Of a DNA stretch of 64,000 bases, positions 56,354-64,000 are shown one piece after another. The DNA lies in the NCBI GenBank assembly GCA_963720885.1, contig CAVRGW010000006.1, positions 942,561 through 1,006,560 of the forward strand. The letters are read 5' to 3'. The notes below the pieces were generated by a model. That model did not search any database. It had not been told where the DNA came from and worked only from the letters and a program-made list of their open reading frames with translations. This stretch comes from an uncultured Actinomycetes bacterium. Lineage in GTDB: Bacteria; Actinomycetota; Thermoleophilia; Gaiellales; JAICJC01. Made by a program: the position numbers and the translations under genes. Position 1 is the first letter of the stretch, and each line of letters opens with the position of its first letter.

Positions 56354-57766
56354 ATGGCATCCCAGCAGGCCAGGCAGGCGTCACAAACCCGGGACGAGAG
56401 ACGTGCCCGCGGCAAGCTCGCACGCAAGACCGTCCCCCGGTCGAGCCACGCAGGCTGGGAGCCGCCCGCCGACCGGCGCGATCCCGTCGACGTGCTGACG
56501 GCGCAGGCCGAGACCCGGGTTCCTGACCTCGTGCCTATTCGCTACGGGCGGATGCTCGTCTCCCCCTTCACCTTCTACCGCGGAGCTGCGGCGATCATGG
56601 CCGAGGATCTCGCGGAAACGCCGACCACCGGGATCGTGACCCAGCTGTGCGGCGACGCGCATCTGTCCAACTTCGGCGGGTTCGGCACGCCCGAGCGCGA
56701 CCTGGTGTTCGGGCTCAACGACTTCGACGAGACGCTGCCGGGGCCGTGGGAGTGGGACATCAAGCGGCTTTCCGCGAGCATGGTGATCGCCGCGCGAGAC
56801 CGCGGCCTGTCGACGAAGCAGGCTCGAGAGGTCGCCACCGCCACGGCCGGCGAGTACCGCCGCTCGATGCGCGAGTACGCCAAGCTGTCGAACCTCGAGC
56901 TGTGGTACCGGCGGATCGGCGCTTCCGACATGCGCGACCGCTTCCGCGAGGAGCTCGGTGAGCGCGGCGAGCGGGCGCTCGACTCGGCCGTGTCCAAGGC
57001 GATGACGAAGGATCGGATGCGGGCGCTCAGCAAGCTCACGTGCCGCGTCGACGGCGAGTTGCGGTTCCAGTCGAACCCTCCGCTGCTGGTGCCAATCGAG
57101 GAGCTCGTTCCCGATGTGATGGAGCACGAGATCACGGCGTTCGTCCAGGGCGTCCTGCGGTCGTACCGGCGCACGCTCCAGGAGGACCGCCGGCGGCTGG
57201 TGGATACGTACCGCTACGTCCATCTGGCCCGCAAGGTGGTCGGCGTCGGGAGCGTCGGCACCCGTGCATGGGTGGTGCTGATGATCGGCGTCGACGAGAC
57301 CGACCCGCTGGTGCTTCAGGTCAAGGAGGCGCAGCCCTCGGTGCTCGAGCCGGTGCTCAAGAAGAGCGAGTTCGCCAACAGCGGGCAGCGCGTCGTGTCC
57401 GGGCAGCGGATGATGCAGACCGCCGGCGACATCTTCCTGGGCTGGCACCGAACGGTCGGCGTCGACGGCGTCCAGCGCGACTTCTACGTCCGCCAGCTGT
57501 GGGACTGGAAGGCCTCCGCCAACGTCGACGCGTTCGACGCGCCGGCGCTGACCGCGTACGGCAGGCTGTGTGCGAGCACGCTCGCCCGCGCCCATGGCCG
57601 CTCGGGCGACCGCATCGCCATCGCCTCGTACCTCGGAAGCGGCGACGACTTCGATCGAGCGATCGCGGATTTCTCAGCCGCCTACGCCGACCAGAACGAG
57701 GCGGACTTCGCACGGCTCAAGGACGCGGTCACGGCGGGCAGGATCGCTGTCGAGACCGGCGTCTGA
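56354..57766 (+). CDS. DUF2252 domain protein
   Basis: RYGRMLVSPFTFYRGAAAIMAEDL...CGDAHLSNFGGF...GLNDFDETLPGPWEWDIKRL matches my recollection of the DUF2252 signature. Start at MASQQARQ. Confidence 0.8.
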   Translation: MASQQARQASQTRDERRARGKLARKTVPRSSHAGWEPPADRRDPVDVLTAQAETRVPDLVPIRYGRMLVSPFTFYRGAAAIMAEDLAETPTTGIVTQLCGDAHLSNFGGFGTPERDLVFGLNDFDETLPGPWEWDIKRLSASMVIAARDRGLSTKQAREVATATAGEYRRSMREYAKLSNLELWYRRIGASDMRDRFREELGERGERALDSAVSKAMTKDRMRALSKLTCRVDGELRFQSNPPLLVPIEELVPDVMEHEITAFVQGVLRSYRRTLQEDRRRLVDTYRYVHLARKVVGVGSVGTRAWVVLMIGVDETDPLVLQVKEAQPSVLEPVLKKSEFANSGQRVVSGQRMMQTAGDIFLGWHRTVGVDGVQRDFYVRQLWDWKASANVDAFDAPALTAYGRLCASTLARAHGRSGDRIAIASYLGSGDDFDRAIADFSAAYADQNEADFARLKDAVTAGRIAVETGV

Positions 57767-57775
57767 CCCGCCGGC

Positions 57776-58438
57776 TCAGCCCAGCAGGCTTCTGATCAGC
57801 GACTCCCCGATCCCCGGCACGATCGAATCGGCCGCCGCCAGCCGCTCCCGCGGAAGCGTCCCGGCCACGGCGATGCACCGCATCCCCGCCGCCTTGGCGG
57901 ATGCCACCCCGGCCTCCGTGTCCTCGAACGCCACCACCTGAGCGGGCGCTGCGTCGACGCCCTGCTCGTGGAGCACCGCCAGCGCCCGCAGGTAGCCCTC
58001 CGGGTGGGGCTTGCCGTCCGTGACGGCGTCGGACGAGATGACCGCGGTCACCGCGTCGGCCAGCCCCGCGCCGGCCAGCACGCCCTCGATCTCGGCGTGC
58101 GCGGCGCCCGACACGATCAGCACCGGCACCCGGCTGGCGGCGTACAGCACGCCGCGGCGCACGTCCTCGCCGACCGTCTCCGTCTCGGCGACCGCGTCGA
58201 TGTAGCGCTGGATTCGCTCGGCGACGATCGACTCGACGTCGACATCCGGCCCCAGCCAGGTCGTGACGATCTGCTCGTCGGACAGGCCGGCCAGTTCGTC
58301 CAGGTACGCCTGCTCCGACAGCGGCCGGCCGTGGCGCTCGAACAGCTCGGCGAACACGCGGTACATGATCGTCTCGTCGTCGGAGAGCGTGCCGTTGAAG
58401 TCGAAGATCAGCGCCCGCGGGCGGCCGCCGTCGATCAC
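57776..58438 (-). CDS. HAD-superfamily hydrolase (beta-phosphoglucomutase-like subfamily)
   Basis: GTGA overlap with the upstream stop. Motif I is FDFNGTL (Asn at the D+2 position). Motif III/IV is GKPHPEGY...AFEDTEAGVASAKAAGM. Confidence 0.8.
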   Translation of the reverse strand: MIDGGRPRALIFDFNGTLSDDETIMYRVFAELFERHGRPLSEQAYLDELAGLSDEQIVTTWLGPDVDVESIVAERIQRYIDAVAETETVGEDVRRGVLYAASRVPVLIVSGAAHAEIEGVLAGAGLADAVTAVISSDAVTDGKPHPEGYLRALAVLHEQGVDAAPAQVVAFEDTEAGVASAKAAGMRCIAVAGTLPRERLAAADSIVPGIGESLIRSLLG

Positions 58439-59379
58439 AGGTTCGACTCCGGGCCGCCTGACGTGTCCAGCGGCAGCGGCATCGGGTTCGTCCACGCCGT
58501 CGTCCCGTCGGCCGCCTGGATCTCGATCCGTCCCCACTTCCACAGTTCCGGAAACCGCAGGGTGCACGCGGTGATCAGGCCGTCGCCGTCCTGCTCCGTG
58601 ACCGTAGCCCGCCAGTGCATCAGCTGCGGGTCGGCGTTCGCCCGGCCGCCGTCCCACGGGCCCGAGCGGAGGGTGACGGCGCGCGCCGGTGAGCACCGCA
58701 CCTCGACGCCGGCGTCGGTCACGTTCACGTCGTGCACCACGGGCCCGGACGACGCGTAGAACGACCCGCTGCGCAGCGCCTCCAGCACAGCCGCCGGTGT
58801 GCGCTCGGGCGCCCGCACCATCGTCCAGGCCAGACGGCTGTCGTACCCGGGGTAGTGGCAGTCGTCGCAGGCGATGCCCAGACAGGTGGCGTCGCGGTGC
58901 AGGACGGCATCCCAGAACTCGACGGATGAGGCGTTGCCGTTGGTCTGCTGGCTGCCGCCGTTGTAGACCTCGATCCCGCTCAGGGCGGGCGCCGACAGGT
59001 ACTGCTCGGACTCCAGGCCGCTCCAGTAGGGATGGGCCAGGAACGCGACGCCGCCGTTCTCGACAATCCAGCCGGCGGCGTCACCGATCGTCGGGAAGTA
59101 GTCCTTCACCTCGGGGAGGATGGGCACGCCGAGCGCCAGGATGTCCGCCTCCAGCGTCTCGTCGACCCGGGCTGACAGCTCGCTGGATCCGATCACCAGG
59201 ATGCGTTCGCTGGGGTGCTCCGTGACGTGCCAGTGGTCGGTGATCGCCAGGACATCGAAGCCGGCGCGTGCGTAATGCTCGGCCAGCCCCTCGGGCGTCG
59301 CCTCGCCGTCAGAGTTGGTGGTGTGGGCGTGGAACTGACACTTCAGCCACTCACCGCCGCCCTGGAAGGGGGTGGACAT
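58435..59379 (-). CDS. PHP-domain-like metal-dependent phosphoesterase
   Basis: CQFHAHTTNSDG...DVLAITDHWHV N-terminal PHP motifs. Confidence 0.7.
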   Translation of the reverse strand: MSTPFQGGGEWLKCQFHAHTTNSDGEATPEGLAEHYARAGFDVLAITDHWHVTEHPSERILVIGSSELSARVDETLEADILALGVPILPEVKDYFPTIGDAAGWIVENGGVAFLAHPYWSGLESEQYLSAPALSGIEVYNGGSQQTNGNASSVEFWDAVLHRDATCLGIACDDCHYPGYDSRLAWTMVRAPERTPAAVLEALRSGSFYASSGPVVHDVNVTDAGVEVRCSPARAVTLRSGPWDGGRANADPQLMHWRATVTEQDGDGLITACTLRFPELWKWGRIEIQAADGTTAWTNPMPLPLDTSGGPESNL

Positions 59380-60821
59380 GCCGCCACGCTACCCGACCGC
59401 GGCGGCCCGGCAACAGTGCCACGGCCGCCTCGCGAGACTGGTCCAAGCACGCCGGCCAGCGCCGCCACGGCAGGCTCGGCGGCTGCCGCCGGGAGGCGTC
59501 CGTAGCCGATCAGCAGCGAGCGGCCGATGGCCGGCGGATCGTGCATGAAGCTCTCCAGCATGAACATCCGGATGCGGGCTGCCAGCGCCGCCTGCTCGAG
59601 CCCCGCGCGGTCGACGCCCGCCGGCAGGCGCGCCGTCAGGTGCAGCCCCGCACGCTCCCCGGCGATCCGCGCCCGCGGCATGGCCGCAGCCAGCGCGCCC
59701 AGCAGCGCCTCCCGCCGCCGGCCGTACTCGACGCGCGTCCTGCGGACGTGCCGCTCGAACGCGGCCGTCTCGATCATGTGGGCGAGGGCGATCTGCTCGG
59801 GGGCGGGCGACCCGCCGTCCAGCGCGGCCTTCAGCTCTGCCGCGCGGTCGGCCAGCCGCCGCGGCATCACCGCCCATCCCAGCCGGATCGCCGGCGCCAG
59901 CGTCTTCGACGCCGATCCGACGTAGACGATGCCGTCCGGGGCCTCGCCCTGGAGGGCGCCGGCGGGGCGGCCGTCGTAGAAGAACTCGGCGTCGTAGTCG
60001 TCTTCGATGACGACACCGCCGGACCGCGCCCACGCCAGCAGCCGCTCGCGCCGGGCGGCCGCCATCGTCACGCCGCTGGGGAACTGGTGCGCCGGGGTGA
60101 CGATGGCCGCGTCCGCGCTGCTCGCCACCAGACGTTCGACCTGGGCACCGCGGGCGTCCACGGGGATCGGGACGAAGCTGAGGCCGGCGCCCGGCGCGGC
60201 GTGGCGCAGCCCATCGGCGCAGGGATCCTCAAGTCCGATGCTCCGCCCGCCCAGCGAGGCGACGACGCGACAGGCGAGGTCGACCGCTTGGATCGAGCCT
60301 TGGCAGACAACGATCTGCTCGGGGTCGGCCACCACTCCGCGCGCCCTGCCCAGGTAGTCGGCGAGCACCCGGCGCAGCCGCTCGTCGCCGCGCGGGTCGC
60401 CGTAGTCGAAGGCGCGGTCGGGCGCCGTGCGCAGCGCCAGCTGCAGCGCCTGGCTCCAGGCGCGCCGCGGGAACAGGCCCAGGTCGGGTAGCTCGGGAAC
60501 CAGGTCGTAGCGCGGTGCCGGCGAGCCGTCCGGCCCGGCGGGCAGCGGGGAGTCCGCGCCCTCCCGCACCCGCGGTGCCGATCGCGGCCGCATCTCGACG
60601 AACCCCTGCTCGCGCAGCTCCTCATACGCCTCGACCACCACGCCGCGCGAGACGCCGAGGTCGGCGGCCAGCGTCCGGCCGGCGGGCAGCACCACGCCCG
60701 GGCGCAGGCGCCGCGAGCGGATCGCCTCCCGCAGCTGCTCGGCGATCTGGTCGCGCAGCGGCAGGCGGGCGGCGCGGTCGACGGCCAGCAGCAGGTCGTT
60801 GGGGCCGCTGGTCCGGCTCAT
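59343..60821 (-). CDS. MocR/PdxR-type regulator (GntR HTH fused to fold-type I aminotransferase domain)
   Basis: PLRDQIAEQLREAIRSRRLRPGVVLPAGRTLAADLGVSRGVVVEAYEELREQGFV, then an aminotransferase-like domain (YVGSASKTLAPAIRLGW). ATG 60821 lies within ORF 59343..60983. Confidence 0.85.
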   Translation of the reverse strand: MSRTSGPNDLLLAVDRAARLPLRDQIAEQLREAIRSRRLRPGVVLPAGRTLAADLGVSRGVVVEAYEELREQGFVEMRPRSAPRVREGADSPLPAGPDGSPAPRYDLVPELPDLGLFPRRAWSQALQLALRTAPDRAFDYGDPRGDERLRRVLADYLGRARGVVADPEQIVVCQGSIQAVDLACRVVASLGGRSIGLEDPCADGLRHAAPGAGLSFVPIPVDARGAQVERLVASSADAAIVTPAHQFPSGVTMAAARRERLLAWARSGGVVIEDDYDAEFFYDGRPAGALQGEAPDGIVYVGSASKTLAPAIRLGWAVMPRRLADRAAELKAALDGGSPAPEQIALAHMIETAAFERHVRRTRVEYGRRREALLGALAAAMPRARIAGERAGLHLTARLPAGVDRAGLEQAALAARIRMFMLESFMHDPPAIGRSLLIGYGRLPAAAAEPAVAALAGVLGPVSRGGRGTVAGPPRSGSVAACPPPSRAAVSG

Positions 60822-60829
60822 CCGCCCGA

Positions 60830-60845
60830 TTGTGGCTGTTGTGGC
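60830..60845. promoter_or_regulatory. Direct repeat TTGTGGC-TG-TTGTGGC in the MocR / binding-protein divergent region
   Basis: Read directly. It lies 9-24 nt upstream of the MocR ATG and about 66 nt upstream of the divergent ATG 60911. Confidence 0.3.
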
Positions 60846-60910
60846 CGCCCGCGCCGGAGCCCTAGCATGCTCGCGAGGATACCGCCCTGAGATTCCCGGC
60901 CGATTTCGCA

Positions 60911-62608
60911 ATGCCACGCGTTCACCACATCGCAACCTCCCGGAGACGGCGCCGCACCATCCTGGCCCTGCTGGCCGCGACACTGCTCGCCACCGGCGCC
61001 TCCTGCGGCGGCTCCTCGGGCGGGGGTTCGGGCGACGGCAACCAGATCCTGAAGGTGGGCACGGTGGCGGCGATCGACTCGCTCAACCCGTTCGTCGCGA
61101 TCGACGCCCAGGCGTACAACGTCTTCGTCATGGAGTACCCGCAGCTCGTGCAGTACGGGCCGGGCGTCAAGATCGAGGGGGACTACGCCGAGAACTGGAC
61201 GCACTCCGAGGACGGGCTGGTCTGGACGTTCCACCTGCATCCCGGCGGCAAGTGGTCGGACGGCAAGCCGCTGACCGCCGAGGACGTCGCATGGACCGGT
61301 AACACGGTGCTCAAGTACGCGAGCGGACCGACGGCGCTGCTCGCCTCGGCCCTGGACGGCGTCAAGGACTTCAAGGCGACCGACGACAACACGGTGGTCG
61401 TCACCTACAAGCGGCCCGTCGCGCCGGTGCTCGCCAACCTCGAGCAGTTCTTCATCCTGCCCGAGCACATCTGGTCGCAGTACACCGGCAACAACGGCAA
61501 GGATCTGAAGGCATTCTTCCCCGAGAAGCACCTGCCGGTGGTCGCCGGCGGGGCGTATTCGGTGACCAAGTACGAGCCGAAGGGCGTCACCGTGTTCAAG
61601 CCGAACCCTGGCTTCTACGGCCCCAAATCCCACGCGGCCGCCGTCACGTTGTCCTTCTACACGAACGCGACGTCGATGATCGAGGACCTGGCGAACGGCG
61701 TCGTCGACTACGTCGATCAGGTGCCCTTCACGGCGGCCGACGCGGTCAAGAAGCACTCCAACCTGACGCTCAACGTCGGCCCGGGCTCCGAGGTGACGAA
61801 CCTGATCATCAACTCGAACCCGCTGAAGACCAAGAACCGCGAACTGCTCGACCCGAAGGTCAAGGAGGCGCTGGAGTACGCGATCCCCCGCGAGCAGATC
61901 GTCGAGGTCGTGTTCGGCGGCTATGCGAAGCCGTGGGCCAACATCCTGTCGGAGTACTCCAAGGGCGACGGCTGGCTGAACCCCGAGGTGCAGCCGCTCC
62001 CCTACGACATCGACAAGGCGAACGAGATCCTCGACGGCCTCGGCTACACGCGCGGGTCGGACGGGGTCCGCGTCGCACCGGCGGACAACGGCCAGCCGGA
62101 GCATCCGATGAAGTACACGATCATCGTGCCGGGCGACCTCGACTTCAGCGGCGACCGCCAGTTCGAGATCCTGCAGCAGTCGTTCGCCAAGATCGGCATC
62201 AAGGTCTCGGAGGTCGCGGGCGGCGACGTCAGCCAGGCCTACAACCTGATCACTGCGCCGAACTACAAGTACCTGAACGCCGACATGGCGACCTGGTACT
62301 GGCACCCGTACGTCGATCCCAACTTCAACCTCTCGGTCGTCACCAAGGCGCAGTGGGGCAACTACAGCGACACGGGCTTCGACGATCCGAAGTACGACGC
62401 GTGGTGGTCACAGCAGGCCAAGATGATCGACCAGAAGCAGCGCCAGGCGCTGGTCTGGAAGATGGAGGCCTACCTGGCCGACCAGCGGCCGTACATCCAG
62501 CTCGTGCAGGGCGCCGTGATCACGGCCTGGGGCCAGCGCTTCACCGGCTTCGAGCCGATGCTCTCGGGCTACTGCAAGTGCTACTACACGAGCCCGCGAC
62601 CGGCCTGA
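60911..62608 (+). CDS. ABC transporter substrate-binding protein, family 5 (peptide/nickel/opine type)
   Basis: RRRRRTILALLAATLLATGASCGG leader. KVGTVAAIDSLNPF...AENWTHSEDGLVWTFHLHPGGKWSDGKPLTAEDV is typical of the family-5 N-terminus. Confidence 0.88.
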   Translation: MPRVHHIATSRRRRRTILALLAATLLATGASCGGSSGGGSGDGNQILKVGTVAAIDSLNPFVAIDAQAYNVFVMEYPQLVQYGPGVKIEGDYAENWTHSEDGLVWTFHLHPGGKWSDGKPLTAEDVAWTGNTVLKYASGPTALLASALDGVKDFKATDDNTVVVTYKRPVAPVLANLEQFFILPEHIWSQYTGNNGKDLKAFFPEKHLPVVAGGAYSVTKYEPKGVTVFKPNPGFYGPKSHAAAVTLSFYTNATSMIEDLANGVVDYVDQVPFTAADAVKKHSNLTLNVGPGSEVTNLIINSNPLKTKNRELLDPKVKEALEYAIPREQIVEVVFGGYAKPWANILSEYSKGDGWLNPEVQPLPYDIDKANEILDGLGYTRGSDGVRVAPADNGQPEHPMKYTIIVPGDLDFSGDRQFEILQQSFAKIGIKVSEVAGGDVSQAYNLITAPNYKYLNADMATWYWHPYVDPNFNLSVVTKAQWGNYSDTGFDDPKYDAWWSQQAKMIDQKQRQALVWKMEAYLADQRPYIQLVQGAVITAWGQRFTGFEPMLSGYCKCYYTSPRPA

Positions 62609-62610
62609 TG

Positions 62611-62636
62611 AAAAAACGGGGTCAGACCCCGTTTTT
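62611..62636. terminator. Bidirectional intrinsic terminator
   Basis: AAAAAACGGGG-TCAGA-CCCCGTTTTT lies between convergent stops (62606-62608 and 62635-62637). The A-tract/T-tract symmetry allows function on both strands. Confidence 0.75.
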
Positions 62637-63824
62637 ACAAGCTGCGCCGCTCGAGGTCGAGAAACGGCAGCCCCACGACGGTGGCGCCGACCGTGCTGCG
62701 TTCGCCCTCGACCGACCACTCGACCTTGAGCCGGGTGCCCGGAGCGGCGTGGCCGGGATCGACGGACGCCAGCGCGACCAACTGCTTCAGCATCGGCGAC
62801 CATCCCAGGCTGGTCGTACGGCCGACCTGCGATCGCCGCGCATAGATCGGCACCGGGTCGCGCTGGACGACGGGCGAGATCGCCGGCGGCAAGCCATGGC
62901 GGTCGAACTGCGCCTGGACATGGTCCCAGTCGAGCAGGAGGCCGGCCAGCCGACGATGCGGTCCCCGGCGGCCTGCTCGGCCGCCAGCGCACGGCGGCCG
63001 ACGAAGTCCCGCTTGCCGAAGTCGACGAGCCGGTCGAGGCCGATCTCGAACGGCGAGTACTCGTGGTCGGGCGTCTCGGCATGCAGCACGCTGACATAGT
63101 CGACGTCGACCAGGATCAGGCCCGCCTCCAGCCGCACGACGTCCAGCGCCCGCAGGCCGGTCGGCCGCAGCCCGTAGCTCGCGCCGGTCTCGGCCAGGCT
63201 GTCCCAGACCGCTTCGGCGCCGTCGGCCGGGATCCACAGCTCGTACCCGAGGTCGCCCGTGTAGCCGGTGCGAGTGACATCGACGGCCACGCCGCCGATC
63301 TCGGTGCTCCGGGCGCGGAAGTACCGCACGTCCGCCCAGTCCTCGCCGGTGGCGGCCTTCAGCGTCTCACGGGACAACGGACCCTGCATGGCCAGCGCGG
63401 CGGTCGACTCGCTGACGTCCTGCACCTCGACCTCGAGGCCGCCGGCGTTCAGCGTGATCCAGCGCCAGACCGGATGCGCGGCCGTCCATCGGAACGTCGT
63501 CTCGCCGATCCGCGTGATCGTGCCGTCGTCGACCACCTTGCCGCGCTCGTCGCACCACGGCGTGTACAGCACCTGTCCGACCGCCAGCTTGGTAGCGTCG
63601 CGGGTGACGATGCGGTCGACCAGCACCGCCGCGTCCGGGCCCGAGACCAGGTACTTGTAGAGCGGCGAGACGTCGAACACGCCGACGGCGTTGCGCACGG
63701 CCGAGTACTCGATGTCGTGGAAGTCGGCGTACGTCAGCGCGGACAGGTAACCCGACCACTCGCCCCACTGATGGTTGCGGTTGAGCTGCGCCAGCCGGCT
63801 GTGGAAGGGGGTGCCGATGCTCAC
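62635..63824 (-). CDS. GcvT-like aminomethyltransferase family protein, frame change at C-run 62963-62966
   Basis: ORF 62787..63917 from VSIGTPFHSR: FDVSPLYKYLVSGPDA, TGYTGDLGYELWI. The C-terminal barrel (LLLDWDHV...GTRLKVEWSVEG...VVGLPFLD) continues in ORF 62635..63237. GTG 63824 overlaps the upstream stop (GTGA). Confidence 0.82.
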
Positions 63825-64000
63825 CGGCCGCGCTCCAGGTCGCGGGCGATCTCGCGGGCGGCGTTCTCGCCCGGGCCGCCGGTGATGCCGCCGCCGGGGT
63901 GGGCTCCCGAGCCGCACAGGTAGAGCCCGCGCATGCCCAACCGGTAGCGCGCCATGCCCAGCACCGGACGCCAGGCGAAGAACTGGTCGAGCCCGGGCTC
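63821..64000 (-). CDS. C-terminus of an FAD-dependent oxidoreductase (phytoene-desaturase/amine-oxidase-like); 5' part outside window
   Basis: Own translation: ...MRGLYLCGSGAHPGGGITGGPGENAAREIARDLERGR-stop. This is the conserved C-terminal FAD-contact motif of that family. Confidence 0.7.
   Translation of the reverse strand, partial: EPGLDQFFAWRPVLGMARYRLGMRGLYLCGSGAHPGGGITGGPGENAAREIARDLERGR

Overview
This is a GC-rich, actinobacterium-like chromosomal segment with many GTG/TTG starts, 1-8 nt stop/start overlaps and twin-arginine leaders (GC content not computed).

**What I can support**
- About 60 protein genes.
- Two tRNAs: Glu-UUC at 9427-9499 and Lys-UUU at 12748-12820.
- One complete IS481-family insertion sequence (44416-45440) with a 6-bp GCTAGG target duplication.
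- A roughly 3-kb islet bracketed by tRNA-Lys and a near-identical copy of its 3' half.

**Functional blocks, left to right**
- Tandem PD40/TolB-like paralogs with a YtrA-type regulator.
- A giant zinc-ribbon / class III cyclase / STAND-ATPase / TPR protein.
- A phosphodiesterase and an M14 peptidase.
- The tRNA-Lys islet.
- A CARDB / beta-helix / glycine-rich surface protein.
- A tryptophanase-like lyase.
- A four-gene metal module: two-domain multicopper oxidase, ZIP, DtxR/MntR-type repressor and NRAMP.
- A sugar ABC operon.
- PAP2 phosphatases, SulP, and a CYTH-like / PPK2 / lipid-kinase trio.
- A P-type ATPase, a Na+/H+ antiporter and a USP.
- Dehydrogenases and a chromate transporter.
- An OmpR-type regulator next to a decayed kinase.
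- MalT/LuxR-like and MocR regulators, binding proteins, and a GcvT-like enzyme.

**What I did not see:** no rRNA, CRISPR array, prophage or recognisable named defence system.

**Caveat on the assembly:** at least eight genes are interrupted by single-base frame changes. Either the assembly carries indel errors or the region is decaying.

**Novelty:** nothing here is demonstrably a new system. The best follow-up candidates are:
- the oxidase-ZIP-MntR-MntH module;
- the cyclase-STAND gene with its translationally coupled small partner;
- the tRNA-Lys-bounded islet;
- the glycine-rich surface protein.
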